Below are positions 24,973 to 33,972 of a stretch of 64,000 nt of DNA, piece after piece (the stretch's first letter is position 1; every line of letters starts with the position of its first letter). The position numbers and the translations under genes were made by a program. The DNA is from a virus. Where the stretch lies: the IMG/VR virus record IMGVR_UViG_3300045988_072631; one strand, 5' to 3'. The notes under the pieces were generated by a model. That model saw only the letters and a list, made by a program, of their open reading frames with translations, searched no databases and was not told the origin of the DNA.

Positions 24973-25091
24973 AACAGCCGTAGCACCGACCAAAGCGTAA
25001 CGACTGTTTTCACCATTCCCGAAAGACTGGTAAATTTATTATATCAGTTCCTTTCGGGAAAATCAAATAATTTTGAAAGGAACGAAAAAAA

Positions 25092-25337
25092 ATGGACAAA
25101 TTTTTAGAGGTAGTATATTCCAGTCAGATAGCAGAAAGCGCAGAAAAGGGCGATAAGTGTATAGAATTCTTTCAGCCGCTGATGGACGAGATCAAAGAAA
25201 TCGTAAACGAAAAGGTTTATGAGAAGTTGAGCGAAATTTTCATGGCGTGTGCTTCCAAAAATGACAGCTATTACGCCGTGGAAGGAATGAAACTGGCAAT
25301 CAGTATCATGGACGGAAGCTATATTCCGCAGGTGTAA
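25092..25337 (+). CDS. hypothetical protein
   Basis: ORF, no motif. Confidence 0.45.
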   Translation: MDKFLEVVYSSQIAESAEKGDKCIEFFQPLMDEIKEIVNEKVYEKLSEIFMACASKNDSYYAVEGMKLAISIMDGSYIPQV

Positions 25338-25351
25338 GGGAGGAAAGGTTG

Positions 25352-25504
25352 ATGGAAGAGAACAGAAAGAAAATTCACGAGATGGTTGACTGCATGGACA
25401 CTGACGGGATGTTAGCCTACTGGGAGACATTCATGAGACGCTGGTTAGAATACTGGGGACATGGATGCTTGGACAATATGGGAAAGAAAGGCGGTGTGCA
25501 GTAA
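25352..25504 (+). CDS. small hypothetical protein (50 aa)
   Basis: GGGAGGAAAGG RBS; TAATG coupling to the next ORF. Confidence 0.4.
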   Translation: MEENRKKIHEMVDCMDTDGMLAYWETFMRRWLEYWGHGCLDNMGKKGGVQ

Positions 25505-25620
25505 TGGACTATAAAAAAGCGTTGATTTCTATGATCGAGGAAATGGAGAACTGTGATTTTTTGTTTAAGATTTACCATTATGCCATCGTAAAATATCGCA
25601 AGGAAAGAGGTGCCAGATAA
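25504..25620 (+). CDS. small hypothetical protein (38 aa)
   Basis: TAATG coupling at both ends. Confidence 0.4.
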   Translation: MDYKKALISMIEEMENCDFLFKIYHYAIVKYRKERGAR

Positions 25621-26345
25621 TGACTGATATTCAGATTTTCAATAACCCAGATTTTGGGGACATTAGAACCGTTGAGATCGACGGAAATGTTTGGTTTGTA
25701 GGAATAGATATTGCTTCAGCTCTTGGGTATTCCAATGTCAAAAACGCTGTTCCTACGCATGTAGACGAAGATGATAAGCTGAGTACTCAAATCGAGTACG
25801 CAGGTCAGAAAAGAACAGTTACAGTTATCAATGAATCCGGTCTCTATGCGCTTGTTTTCGGCAGTAAACTTGACTCTGCAAAGAAGTTCAAGAAGTGGGT
25901 GACATCAGAAGTCCTCCCGGCAATTCGTAAGAATGGCTCTTACACCATGCCGATCAGCACCAACGACAAAATCATGATTCTGGCGCAGGGGCATATGGAG
26001 TTGCAACAGGAGGTTGACAGCATCAAGAAGGACATGGAAAGTCTGAAAATGGATTTACCGATTCTCCCGGTAGAGGAAGACCGGATAACGTCTGCTGTGA
26101 AGCGCAAGGGACTGGCTGTAATGGGAGGTAAGACCTCTAATGTGTATCGGGATAAATCCATTCGCCGCAAGGTGTATCAGGGCATCTATGCGAATTTGAA
26201 GTACAACTTTCAGATCAAGACGTACCGGGCATTGAAACGGAGTCAGGTGGACAAGGCTATTGATATCATCAATAACTATCAGCCGCCGTATGTTCTGGCA
26301 GAACAAATCGACTCTGCAAATGCACAGCAGACCTTGATATTCTAG
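25620..26345 (+). CDS. antirepressor (Bro-N domain)
   Basis: IQIFNNPDFGDIRTVEIDGNVWFVGIDIASALGY Bro-N motif. Confidence 0.8.
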   Translation: MTDIQIFNNPDFGDIRTVEIDGNVWFVGIDIASALGYSNVKNAVPTHVDEDDKLSTQIEYAGQKRTVTVINESGLYALVFGSKLDSAKKFKKWVTSEVLPAIRKNGSYTMPISTNDKIMILAQGHMELQQEVDSIKKDMESLKMDLPILPVEEDRITSAVKRKGLAVMGGKTSNVYRDKSIRRKVYQGIYANLKYNFQIKTYRALKRSQVDKAIDIINNYQPPYVLAEQIDSANAQQTLIF

Positions 26346-26362
26346 GGGAAAACTGCTATAAT
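26334..26362 (+). promoter_or_regulatory. sigma70 promoter (-35 TTGATA, 17-nt spacer, -10 TATAAT)
   Basis: Read directly, overlapping the antirepressor stop codon. Confidence 0.5.
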
Positions 26363-26368
26363 AAAATC

Positions 26369-26519
26369 AAATTCAGCCGAATCCATCAGCTCCGCCCGGC
26401 TTGTCGTTGAGGGGAGAACGGGGCGAAAAGGATAGGACGAACCGAGCAAGGACGGCAAACATTTTGAGAATCACGCTCACTGGACATGGTAGAGATACTG
26501 TGTCTGGTGGGCGTTTTTT
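26369..26519 (+). ncRNA. candidate structured RNA or leader of about 150 nt ending in an intrinsic terminator (26474-26519)
   Basis: No credible ORF; GC-rich paired segments; 10-bp stem CGCTCACTGG/CTGGTGGGCG followed by T6, 42 nt before the Rha start. Confidence 0.4.
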
Positions 26520-26561
26520 GTTTGTCTGAAACGAACAATAAATATCACAGGAGGATGGTAT

Positions 26562-27209
26562 ATGTTAGTTGAGATCACAAAAATCCAGAAAGAAGAAGTT
26601 GCGACCGTAACTAGCCTTGATGTAGCGGAAACGTTCGGAAAGGAACACCGTAGGGTTTTACAGGATATACGTGAGCTGAAATGCAGTGAAGATTTTCGAT
26701 TGCACAATTTCGTGCAGTCGAAATATGTGAATGAACAGGGTCATAATCAATCAATGTTTATTATGACCAGAGACGGCTTTACGTTATTGGCAATGGGGTA
26801 TACCGGTGAAAAGGCTATGCAGTTCAAAGAAGCATATATTCGCCAGTTTAACGCAATGGAAAAAGCTCTTATCGGAAAAATCAGAGAAAGAGAAAAAGGC
26901 ATTGCAGTCCGGCAGGCTCTTACCAATACTTTGAAACAATCAGAAGAAAATGATCGGATGCATGGTCATGCCTACTCCACATATACAAATGTAATTTACA
27001 AAGCTGTATTTGGTAAAAATGCAAAACAGCTCCGGGAAGAGTATGGAGTAGACGATAAAGCAAATTTGAGAGACTTTTTTAGCGAAGAGGATTTAAGAAT
27101 AGTCCAGTCAAAAGAAATGCTTGTCAGCGGACTCATCGGGTGTGGTTGGGGATATGACCAAATTAAGAAATTCTTAAATGAAAACAATGCCTTGTTACAG
27201 GCCGTATAA
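26562..27209 (+). CDS. Rha-family phage regulatory protein
   Basis: TSLDVAETFGKEHRRVLQDIREL...MTRDGFTLLAMGYTGEKAMQFKEAYIRQFNAME. Confidence 0.8.
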   Translation: MLVEITKIQKEEVATVTSLDVAETFGKEHRRVLQDIRELKCSEDFRLHNFVQSKYVNEQGHNQSMFIMTRDGFTLLAMGYTGEKAMQFKEAYIRQFNAMEKALIGKIREREKGIAVRQALTNTLKQSEENDRMHGHAYSTYTNVIYKAVFGKNAKQLREEYGVDDKANLRDFFSEEDLRIVQSKEMLVSGLIGCGWGYDQIKKFLNENNALLQAV

Positions 27210-27219
27210 AACACATGCA

Positions 27220-27264
27220 AGCAGTCAGTGGTTTATGGAGGTTCGATTCCTCCGGCTGCTTTTT
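27220..27264 (+). ncRNA. tRNA-like acceptor/T-arm minihelix A followed by TTTT
   Basis: AGCAGTC-AGTGGTTTAT-GGAGG-TTCGATT-CCTCC-GGCTGCT-TTTT; covaries with copy B at 63800-63840. Confidence 0.5.
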
Positions 27265-27379
27265 CAGTGGGATAGGGTAGCTACCGAAAGGCGAGACGAC
27301 AGTCGCTTTCCCACTGATTCAACTATTATTGTCGCAAGTGCATGCAGGAGCACACATATCTGATGTCGGAGGTATAAGA

Positions 27380-28384
27380 ATGAATGAACAGCAGAAAAAA
27401 TTAACTGAAGATGAAATAAATACACAGATTGAATTTTTGTCAAGCGCAAAGTGCAATCATACATATCACAAATACATTGATATTACAGGGGATTTGATAG
27501 AGGGAACACTTCTTTCCAGAATCCTTTACTGGTTCACACCAGACAAAAAGAATAATACAAAAGTTCGCATATTTAAAGATGGGGAATATTGGATTGCAAA
27601 GCAGAGAAAAGACTGGTGGGAAGAAATCAGAATCAGTGAGAGACAGTATGATAAAGCAATTAAAAGACTCGCTGAAAAAGGATTTATTACTTTGGCGAAG
27701 TATAAATTTAATTCTATGCCTACTGTCCATATTAGACCTGAATGGAAAAAAATCAATGAAGCAGTTGCGATCTGGAAAGAGAATTTAAGAAAAGAAATTA
27801 CCGGAGAAAACAATCAGGAATTGCCAAAACAGGAAAACGGGAATGACACAAAATGTAATTCCCAAGGGAATAACACAAAGTGTAATTCGGGAGTTGCACA
27901 AACAGGCATTCCTATAACATGTATTACTAACAATGATTACAATAACAATGATTACGATAGTATGAGAGTATGCTCTTTTTCTGCGGAAAAAGAGGTCTCT
28001 CCCACATCTGAAGGTGGTACGTTATCTCCTACGGTCACAAAGGCCATTGACGAGGCAATGACGGAAGAAGGAGAATCACCTGCTAGCGGCTATAGAGCCG
28101 AGTTGAAGGACATAGCTGAATACTTTGTAAGCGAATATGCCAGAACGCAAGGAAAGCCGCATAAGCCACTCACAAGACCGGCTATTAGCAATATCGTATA
28201 CAATTACTTGCATCAAGACGAGGACGAATACGGAATCATGGATGATGTGTGGACGCTAGACCAGTATATTCCGTTAATTGATATGTATATGCAGACGAAC
28301 TACCGGGAGGGCATAGAAAAGAGCCTGTCCCACTTTATGTCCGGTTCTATCCGCCGGAATTTAAAAGCAAAATTGATAGAGTAA
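27380..28384 (+). CDS. replication-initiator-like protein (winged-helix N-terminus)
   Basis: GGAGG RBS before ATG 27380; LLSRILYWF...ISERQYDKAIKRLAEKGFI pattern; internal 25-bp direct repeats. Confidence 0.5.
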   Translation: MNEQQKKLTEDEINTQIEFLSSAKCNHTYHKYIDITGDLIEGTLLSRILYWFTPDKKNNTKVRIFKDGEYWIAKQRKDWWEEIRISERQYDKAIKRLAEKGFITLAKYKFNSMPTVHIRPEWKKINEAVAIWKENLRKEITGENNQELPKQENGNDTKCNSQGNNTKCNSGVAQTGIPITCITNNDYNNNDYDSMRVCSFSAEKEVSPTSEGGTLSPTVTKAIDEAMTEEGESPASGYRAELKDIAEYFVSEYARTQGKPHKPLTRPAISNIVYNYLHQDEDEYGIMDDVWTLDQYIPLIDMYMQTNYREGIEKSLSHFMSGSIRRNLKAKLIE

Positions 28385-28393
28385 GAATCATAC

Positions 28394-28424
28394 CGGGTGC
28401 CGACGACGTAGGCATCCGCTAACC
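28394..28424 (+). promoter_or_regulatory. hairpin-CCGCTAACC-A-run element, copy 3 (upstream of distal tail genes)
   Basis: CGGGTGCC-GACGACGTA-GGCATCCG hairpin overlapping CCGCTAACC then AGAAAAA. Confidence 0.45.
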
Positions 28425-28482
28425 AGAAAAAGATACTGGCAGACTGCCGGAGGGTACTTCTGCCGAGAACGGAGGTGCCTGA

Positions 28483-28896
28483 ATGGCAGAAAAAAAAATA
28501 AAAATTGGTTCTGGCATGTCCTCTTTCCTAAACGTGAACGGGGTAGACTTCCCGTGCCCTAGGGTGGGATTTTCGTATATTATCAGCACAACGGTAAATG
28601 CCGGGCGAAATGCGAACAATGCAGTCATTGGCCAGAGAGTAGGAAGAGACATTTTTAAGCTGAACAATATGGAATGGGCAATGCTGGATGCAGCTAAGTG
28701 GCAGAGCATGTTGGATGCAATTAAACCATATTTTGTACCTGTAACATTTGAGGACTACAGAACAGGGAGACCAATCACCATTACAATGTACCCGGGGGAC
28801 AGAACGGGGGTTCCACTCTATTCAGACCCGGATTCTCATATTGTTACAAAGTATGAAAACTGCAAATTCAATCTGATTGATGCCGGTTGGGAGTGA
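28483..28896 (+). CDS. distal-tail-region protein
   Basis: Position ahead of the large tail protein. Confidence 0.5.
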   Translation: MAEKKIKIGSGMSSFLNVNGVDFPCPRVGFSYIISTTVNAGRNANNAVIGQRVGRDIFKLNNMEWAMLDAAKWQSMLDAIKPYFVPVTFEDYRTGRPITITMYPGDRTGVPLYSDPDSHIVTKYENCKFNLIDAGWE

Positions 28897-28902
28897 TAGA
28901 TC

Positions 28903-31206
28903 ATGCAAAATGTAAGTGCAGCATATAAAAAGGCCATGAGGCAGCCGATGCGGAACCGTGGCTACATAACTGCCAGAATCGGAATTATCAGTTCAACGGC
29001 ACAGGATAACGTAGTTGCAAAAGAATCTGATAATGATTTTGCGTACTTCGTAAACAACACAGAGGTATTCAAGGATAACACAGTAAGCCGGGTGTACGCC
29101 ACCATGGAGCAGAATTTCGCAAAGGTTGACGGAACCATGTACTTTCTGCCGGAGGAATATGAAGGGTACGACTATTACAACAATGGTTTGGTGACGAGTG
29201 AGTTGCTAAGTCCCATGTACATTTCCTTTGACGGAAACATTGCGGATATCAAGGGACTTACAATTGATTTTGGGGAATGCTACCCTACTTCATTTACGGT
29301 TCAGTCTGATAATGGTACGAAAACCTATGAAAATGCCGGGAAAATATTTGTTACTGAGGATACATTTGATGCGGTAACATTCCTGCGGATAACACCGGTA
29401 ACCATGGTTAATGGACAGGGAAGGATGCGAATTTTTCAATTTACCTGCGGAATTTCCAACACTTTTTCAAATAAGCAGGTGAAATCATTCACCTATAAAG
29501 ACTATGTATCGTCCGTATGTGAATCTCTTCCGAGTCAGGATATGACCCTGACAGTGGACAATCAGGATTTGTATTACAACCCGGATAACCCGGAATCAGC
29601 CGTTGCCTACATGGAGCAGGGGCAGGAGATGAAGGTGTCATTCGGATATGATCTGGATGGTGAAGGAACAATTGAATGGGTGCCGGAAATCACCACATTC
29701 CTTAAATCGTGGTCAGCGACCGATACAGAAGCCAAATTTACCATGGTTGATGTATTTGACTGGAAACTGAATGGAACGTATTACAAGGGTCTGTACCGCA
29801 CGGAGGGCATATCTTTGTATGATCTGGCACTGGATGTTTTGACAGATGCCGGCATGAAGCCAGAAGAATATGTGATCGACCCGTATTTGCATGATGTCAA
29901 GGTATGCAATCCTATGCCTGCGGTAAAACATTCGGAAGCCCTGCAGATCATATCGAATGCCGGACGCTGTGTTTTAAGCGTCGATAGAAAAGGAAGGGTA
30001 CTAATCAGATCATCTTTTATCCCGGATATGACTTCCAGTGCCGGAATAGATTTGCTGTATCCAAGTAATTTCCTGTATCCGGGAGAAGATGTACTACCGA
30101 TAGGGGACAACGGAACGGCAGCGCAAACAGGATTCAGCCATGCAGAAAATGTTCTGAAATCCGGAGAGCGGACAGCATATGCAATGTTCAGTAACGATTT
30201 TTCCGTGGTAGATGGAACGGTGATGTTTCTTCCGGAGTCAGAAGCGGATTATGTTGATACGACTGGATATGTCAGTGACAGCATAGCAGATGAAAACGGG
30301 GAGTTTGAGGACATACCAAAAATTATCATCGAATTGGAGTCTGGATATATTTGTTACGGTTTTGCTATTCAATTCCGGAATGTGGCACCTAAAGAATACC
30401 ACGTAGTAACCTACTATCAGAAAGAACAGGTGCAGGATGTAACGGTCGAAAATCCTGGATTATACAGCCAGTACACAGAACAGCTTGACCGGTTCGACGT
30501 CATGGAGATTGTGTTCAAGAAAGGTTACCCAAATGCCAGAGTGGCGGTTGACTCGGTATTGTTCGGAAATGCAACAGATTACACGCTGTCAAGAGATTAC
30601 AATTTGAAGGGTTCACCGACTGCAACAAGACAAGAAAGAGTCAAAACGATTGCAGTTAAGCGAAGCCTTTACAGAAATTCTACATTGGCAATTAAAGAAT
30701 TATCGTCAGAAGAACTCACACTGGCCGGAACAGAGATCACGAAAACGATTCATTTTAGCAAAGCGTCATACGGTCTTACAGTGTCAGTAGAAGAAGGGAA
30801 CGCAACGGCAGCGATTACTGTCAGCAGCAACTACTTTGCAGATATTAAGATCACAGGAACAGCCGGTGAAAAAATCAGATATTCTGTCAAGGGATATGAA
30901 TATGTTGTGGATGAACTGTATTACAGAATCAACCACAATGACACGGGTATTGAAAAAGCATGGAGCAATCCACTTATCAGCACAGAAGAGTTGGCAAAAG
31001 ATCAGGAGGAATGGCTTGCATCCTACTATCTGGGTGATGTAGATTATCAAATTTCGTGGAACGGAGATCCGAGAACAGATGCGAATGATCTTTTCTATCT
31101 GGAATTAAAAGAAAGAGACAACACGATGATACGAGCCTACCAGAATGAGCTGAAATATAGCTCCGGATGGTCAGGCACTTTAAAAGCAAGAAAGGTGGTG
31201 CTGTAA
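28903..31206 (+). CDS. large tail/baseplate structural protein
   Basis: 767 aa, position. Confidence 0.55.
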   Translation: MQNVSAAYKKAMRQPMRNRGYITARIGIISSTAQDNVVAKESDNDFAYFVNNTEVFKDNTVSRVYATMEQNFAKVDGTMYFLPEEYEGYDYYNNGLVTSELLSPMYISFDGNIADIKGLTIDFGECYPTSFTVQSDNGTKTYENAGKIFVTEDTFDAVTFLRITPVTMVNGQGRMRIFQFTCGISNTFSNKQVKSFTYKDYVSSVCESLPSQDMTLTVDNQDLYYNPDNPESAVAYMEQGQEMKVSFGYDLDGEGTIEWVPEITTFLKSWSATDTEAKFTMVDVFDWKLNGTYYKGLYRTEGISLYDLALDVLTDAGMKPEEYVIDPYLHDVKVCNPMPAVKHSEALQIISNAGRCVLSVDRKGRVLIRSSFIPDMTSSAGIDLLYPSNFLYPGEDVLPIGDNGTAAQTGFSHAENVLKSGERTAYAMFSNDFSVVDGTVMFLPESEADYVDTTGYVSDSIADENGEFEDIPKIIIELESGYICYGFAIQFRNVAPKEYHVVTYYQKEQVQDVTVENPGLYSQYTEQLDRFDVMEIVFKKGYPNARVAVDSVLFGNATDYTLSRDYNLKGSPTATRQERVKTIAVKRSLYRNSTLAIKELSSEELTLAGTEITKTIHFSKASYGLTVSVEEGNATAAITVSSNYFADIKITGTAGEKIRYSVKGYEYVVDELYYRINHNDTGIEKAWSNPLISTEELAKDQEEWLASYYLGDVDYQISWNGDPRTDANDLFYLELKERDNTMIRAYQNELKYSSGWSGTLKARKVVL

Positions 31207-31207
31207 T

Positions 31208-31615
31208 ATGGCGTGGATTCAGCCTAAAACAAACTGGGCGGTTGGAGACCGGTTTAATATATCGGATTACAACAGGATTAAAGGAAATCTTAATTTTTTA
31301 CACGAACGAGCGGAAGAGCTTTACCCGGATTTCAATATTATCAATATGGGAGCGGATAAAGTGTATGCCGACTATCCATATGCCCGTGAAATCAATAATT
31401 TTGAGAAGAACCTGGAAACAATCAACGATAATGTTTATACGCAAGACCTGGGCGTTACAGCAACTTTCTACAGCAATGGAGCTTTTATCCAGTGGGACGA
31501 ACTGAACCGGATAGAATCAGCTATGCTGAGCATCTATGAAATGTTGAACAGGCAAGAAGCAGGATTGCCAGTGCTATCGTTCAGGCTGGGTGGAATGAAA
31601 GGAGTGAGAGTATAA
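31208..31615 (+). CDS. tail fibre-associated protein
   Basis: N-terminus WAVGDRFNISDYNRIKGNLNFL typical of fibre proteins. Confidence 0.55.
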   Translation: MAWIQPKTNWAVGDRFNISDYNRIKGNLNFLHERAEELYPDFNIINMGADKVYADYPYAREINNFEKNLETINDNVYTQDLGVTATFYSNGAFIQWDELNRIESAMLSIYEMLNRQEAGLPVLSFRLGGMKGVRV

Positions 31616-32071
31616 ATGGCATTAAAGACGGATTACAAAGATGATATCATTGCAACGGGTACGCAGAGAAAGTATACACAGACAACTAATTCTGATGGTA
31701 CAGTGTCGTTCACAGATTCTACAGAGTATCAGCAGACCGGTGACACCTTTGGAGCAAAGGATATTAACGCAACCAACGTTGAAGTGAATAAACTGGAAGG
31801 AGTTAAGTCGGTGACTCTGAAAGCAAACGAATGGACAGGCTCGGCAGCTCCATATCAGCAGATTGTGACGGTTGATGGAATTAGATCGACGGATTCTCCG
31901 GTGCTTGTCAGCTTGCTGGCAGACGGGGCATCTGAGGCAACACAGAAAGCATACAGTAAGGCATTCGGAATTGTATCTTCTGGAACTGGTTCAACTTCTG
32001 ATGGCAGTGTTACATTCAAAGTATACAAAAAGCCAGCCACAGACATTACGGTTGGTTTGAAAGGAGTCTAG
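31616..32071 (+). CDS. tail fibre-region protein
   Basis: TAAATG coupling, position. Confidence 0.5.
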   Translation: MALKTDYKDDIIATGTQRKYTQTTNSDGTVSFTDSTEYQQTGDTFGAKDINATNVEVNKLEGVKSVTLKANEWTGSAAPYQQIVTVDGIRSTDSPVLVSLLADGASEATQKAYSKAFGIVSSGTGSTSDGSVTFKVYKKPATDITVGLKGV

Positions 32072-32074
32072 GTT

Positions 32075-32926
32075 ATGGGAACTATTTTAATGCCGGGCGG
32101 CGGTGGCGGAATTGATCTGGATGTTGTTACTGCTGCGGCTGGAGATGTTTTAAATGGAAAAGTAATTGTTGGTGCAGATGGAGAGCCATTGACAGGAACG
32201 CTTGCTTTAACAGGAAATGCAGGTACGGGAGATGTACTGTCCGGGAAGACGTTCTACAATGCCGATGCAAAAACAAAGCGCACCGGAACAATGACAAATC
32301 AGGGTGCAAAAACAGCGTCTCTTAACTGCGGGGGAAGTTATACGATTCCTGCTGGTTATCACAATGGATCTGGAAAAGTATCAGCAAAAAGTTTGTCTTC
32401 TCAGACCAGAGGAACTGCGTCTGCCGGAAATATTTTAACAGGTAAGACCGCTTGGGTTAATGGAAACATGATAACTGGCGCAATGAGGGATTATTCAAAT
32501 GTTGAGCAAACAGCCACTATAGAAACGTCAGATCAAACAAAATCATGCTACGGAAATGATGGAACTAATATAAAAGTTGTTCCTGCAATTGGTTATTGGG
32601 GTTCATGGACATTCAATAAGTGCATAAGTATTCCATTAAACAGCATTATAAAAATTGCTAGCGGTGATTGGACTGCTGGAACAGCAGGTTGGTGCGGATT
32701 CAAACCAGATATTGTATTTTTCCGAGGAAATGTGTCCGGTTCACAATTTCCAATAGGAATATATTGTAACGTAAATGGAATGTATATTAATGTGGTAGAA
32801 GGACAGTCGCAATCACACTATGGAGACAATATTTATGTAACTGATACTGGATGGGCATATCATAACAGCATGGCATATATTGATGGAAAAGCTATTAAGT
32901 ATGTTTGCTTAAAAATTACACCATAA
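32075..32926 (+). CDS. tail fibre/receptor-binding candidate
   Basis: Repeated GDVL-x-GK-x-F segments, last late gene. Confidence 0.6.
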   Translation: MGTILMPGGGGGIDLDVVTAAAGDVLNGKVIVGADGEPLTGTLALTGNAGTGDVLSGKTFYNADAKTKRTGTMTNQGAKTASLNCGGSYTIPAGYHNGSGKVSAKSLSSQTRGTASAGNILTGKTAWVNGNMITGAMRDYSNVEQTATIETSDQTKSCYGNDGTNIKVVPAIGYWGSWTFNKCISIPLNSIIKIASGDWTAGTAGWCGFKPDIVFFRGNVSGSQFPIGIYCNVNGMYINVVEGQSQSHYGDNIYVTDTGWAYHNSMAYIDGKAIKYVCLKITP

Positions 32927-32933
32927 ATCAGCG

Positions 32934-33692
32934 TTACAACACATACGCCACATAACCAATAACATCATCAACATCACCTTCTGAGCATCGGGATCTGTTA
33001 TCTCTGATGCTCACATATTCAAATTTTCCATTTCCGCAAGGATTTCTGCGGGCAATGAACACATTGTCCCCGTAAATGATGATGATATCCTCGGTAGGAC
33101 GTGGATTGCGGTCATTGGCAATCAGGAGAATATCATATGGAGAATAGTGCGGCATATAGTTGTCAACCGATGTTTTTATACCCATAAAAATTTGCGGCTT
33201 GATATTTTGCGGAATATCAGTGATATCAAGGAATTCAAACTCGCCGGAAATATGTAACGTGCCGTCTGGATGTTCCTCCAGATTCATCACAGGGACAGTT
33301 TTTCTCCCTTGCCGGAAACCGCCCAAAGAAAGATCATATTGCCTGCGGACGAACCAGCGCACAAAATACTGATAGTGTTCAGGCATTTCACGGAACATAG
33401 AAATGCAGTCCATGTCCTCTTCGGAAATAGTGTCAAGTCCGATTAGCTCATCCACTGTAACACCTATAGCCTTAGCTAAGAGGGCGGCAGTGGACAGCTT
33501 GCAATCTTTGGAGTTCTGGTACAACAGATTTTTAAGCGTGTCAAATGAAATACCGGCTGATTCAGCAAGTTCATGAATGGTAATATCTGAATACTTTAAG
33601 CAAATATCCAAATTGTGACGCAAATTATCTGTAAAGACAGTGTTTTCTCTGGTAAAATGTCCAGATAATTTATACAAATTTTCTTTTTTCAT
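32934..33692 (-). CDS. CI/LexA-like repressor (HTH plus S24-like C-terminal domain)
   Basis: N-terminal HTH ITIHELAESAGISFDTLKNLL, divergent from an SOS-box promoter. Confidence 0.7.
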   Translation of the reverse strand: MKKENLYKLSGHFTRENTVFTDNLRHNLDICLKYSDITIHELAESAGISFDTLKNLLYQNSKDCKLSTAALLAKAIGVTVDELIGLDTISEEDMDCISMFREMPEHYQYFVRWFVRRQYDLSLGGFRQGRKTVPVMNLEEHPDGTLHISGEFEFLDITDIPQNIKPQIFMGIKTSVDNYMPHYSPYDILLIANDRNPRPTEDIIIIYGDNVFIARRNPCGNGKFEYVSIRDNRSRCSEGDVDDVIGYVAYVL

Positions 33693-33891
33693 AGTGTTCC
33701 GTCCTCCCTCTTTAAAGTGTTAAAATATGATTGTCTCAAAAAAGAGACATCAACTTCCGGCTGGGGGAACACTAATCCGCATGGTGTTTCCCCATACGAA
33801 TAGCTTACTTTTTTCGGGAAAATCTGTCAATCTTTTCGCATACATAACCTTTCTGCAAAATCCGACACGATTCGACAAGATTTGATTGATA

Positions 33892-33921
33892 TTGACAAAA
33901 TAAGAACATATGTTCTATAAT
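33892..33921 (+). promoter_or_regulatory. promoter (-35 TTGACA, 18-nt spacer, -10 TATAAT) overlapped by a Cheo-type LexA box AGAACATATGTTCT (33903-33916)
   Basis: Read directly; GAAC-N4-GTTC palindrome inside the spacer. Confidence 0.6.
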
Positions 33922-33972
33922 TATGTTAAGCTACTTTACGGCACATGCGGATTTCTGATGGGAGGGTTTTTA

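Noticed and set aside
26369-26519. Assignment to a known riboswitch class (c-di-GMP, c-di-AMP, preQ1, ZTP considered)
   Set aside because: The conserved core sequences I remember for those classes are not present, so the class is left unassigned.
27220-27264. Minihelices as tmRNA tRNA-like domains, true tRNAs or att-site tRNA remnants
   Set aside because: The 5' and 3' acceptor strands are contiguous with only a 10-nt linker, and there is no tag ORF, D arm or anticodon arm. The two copies differ by compensatory changes rather than being identical att duplicates.
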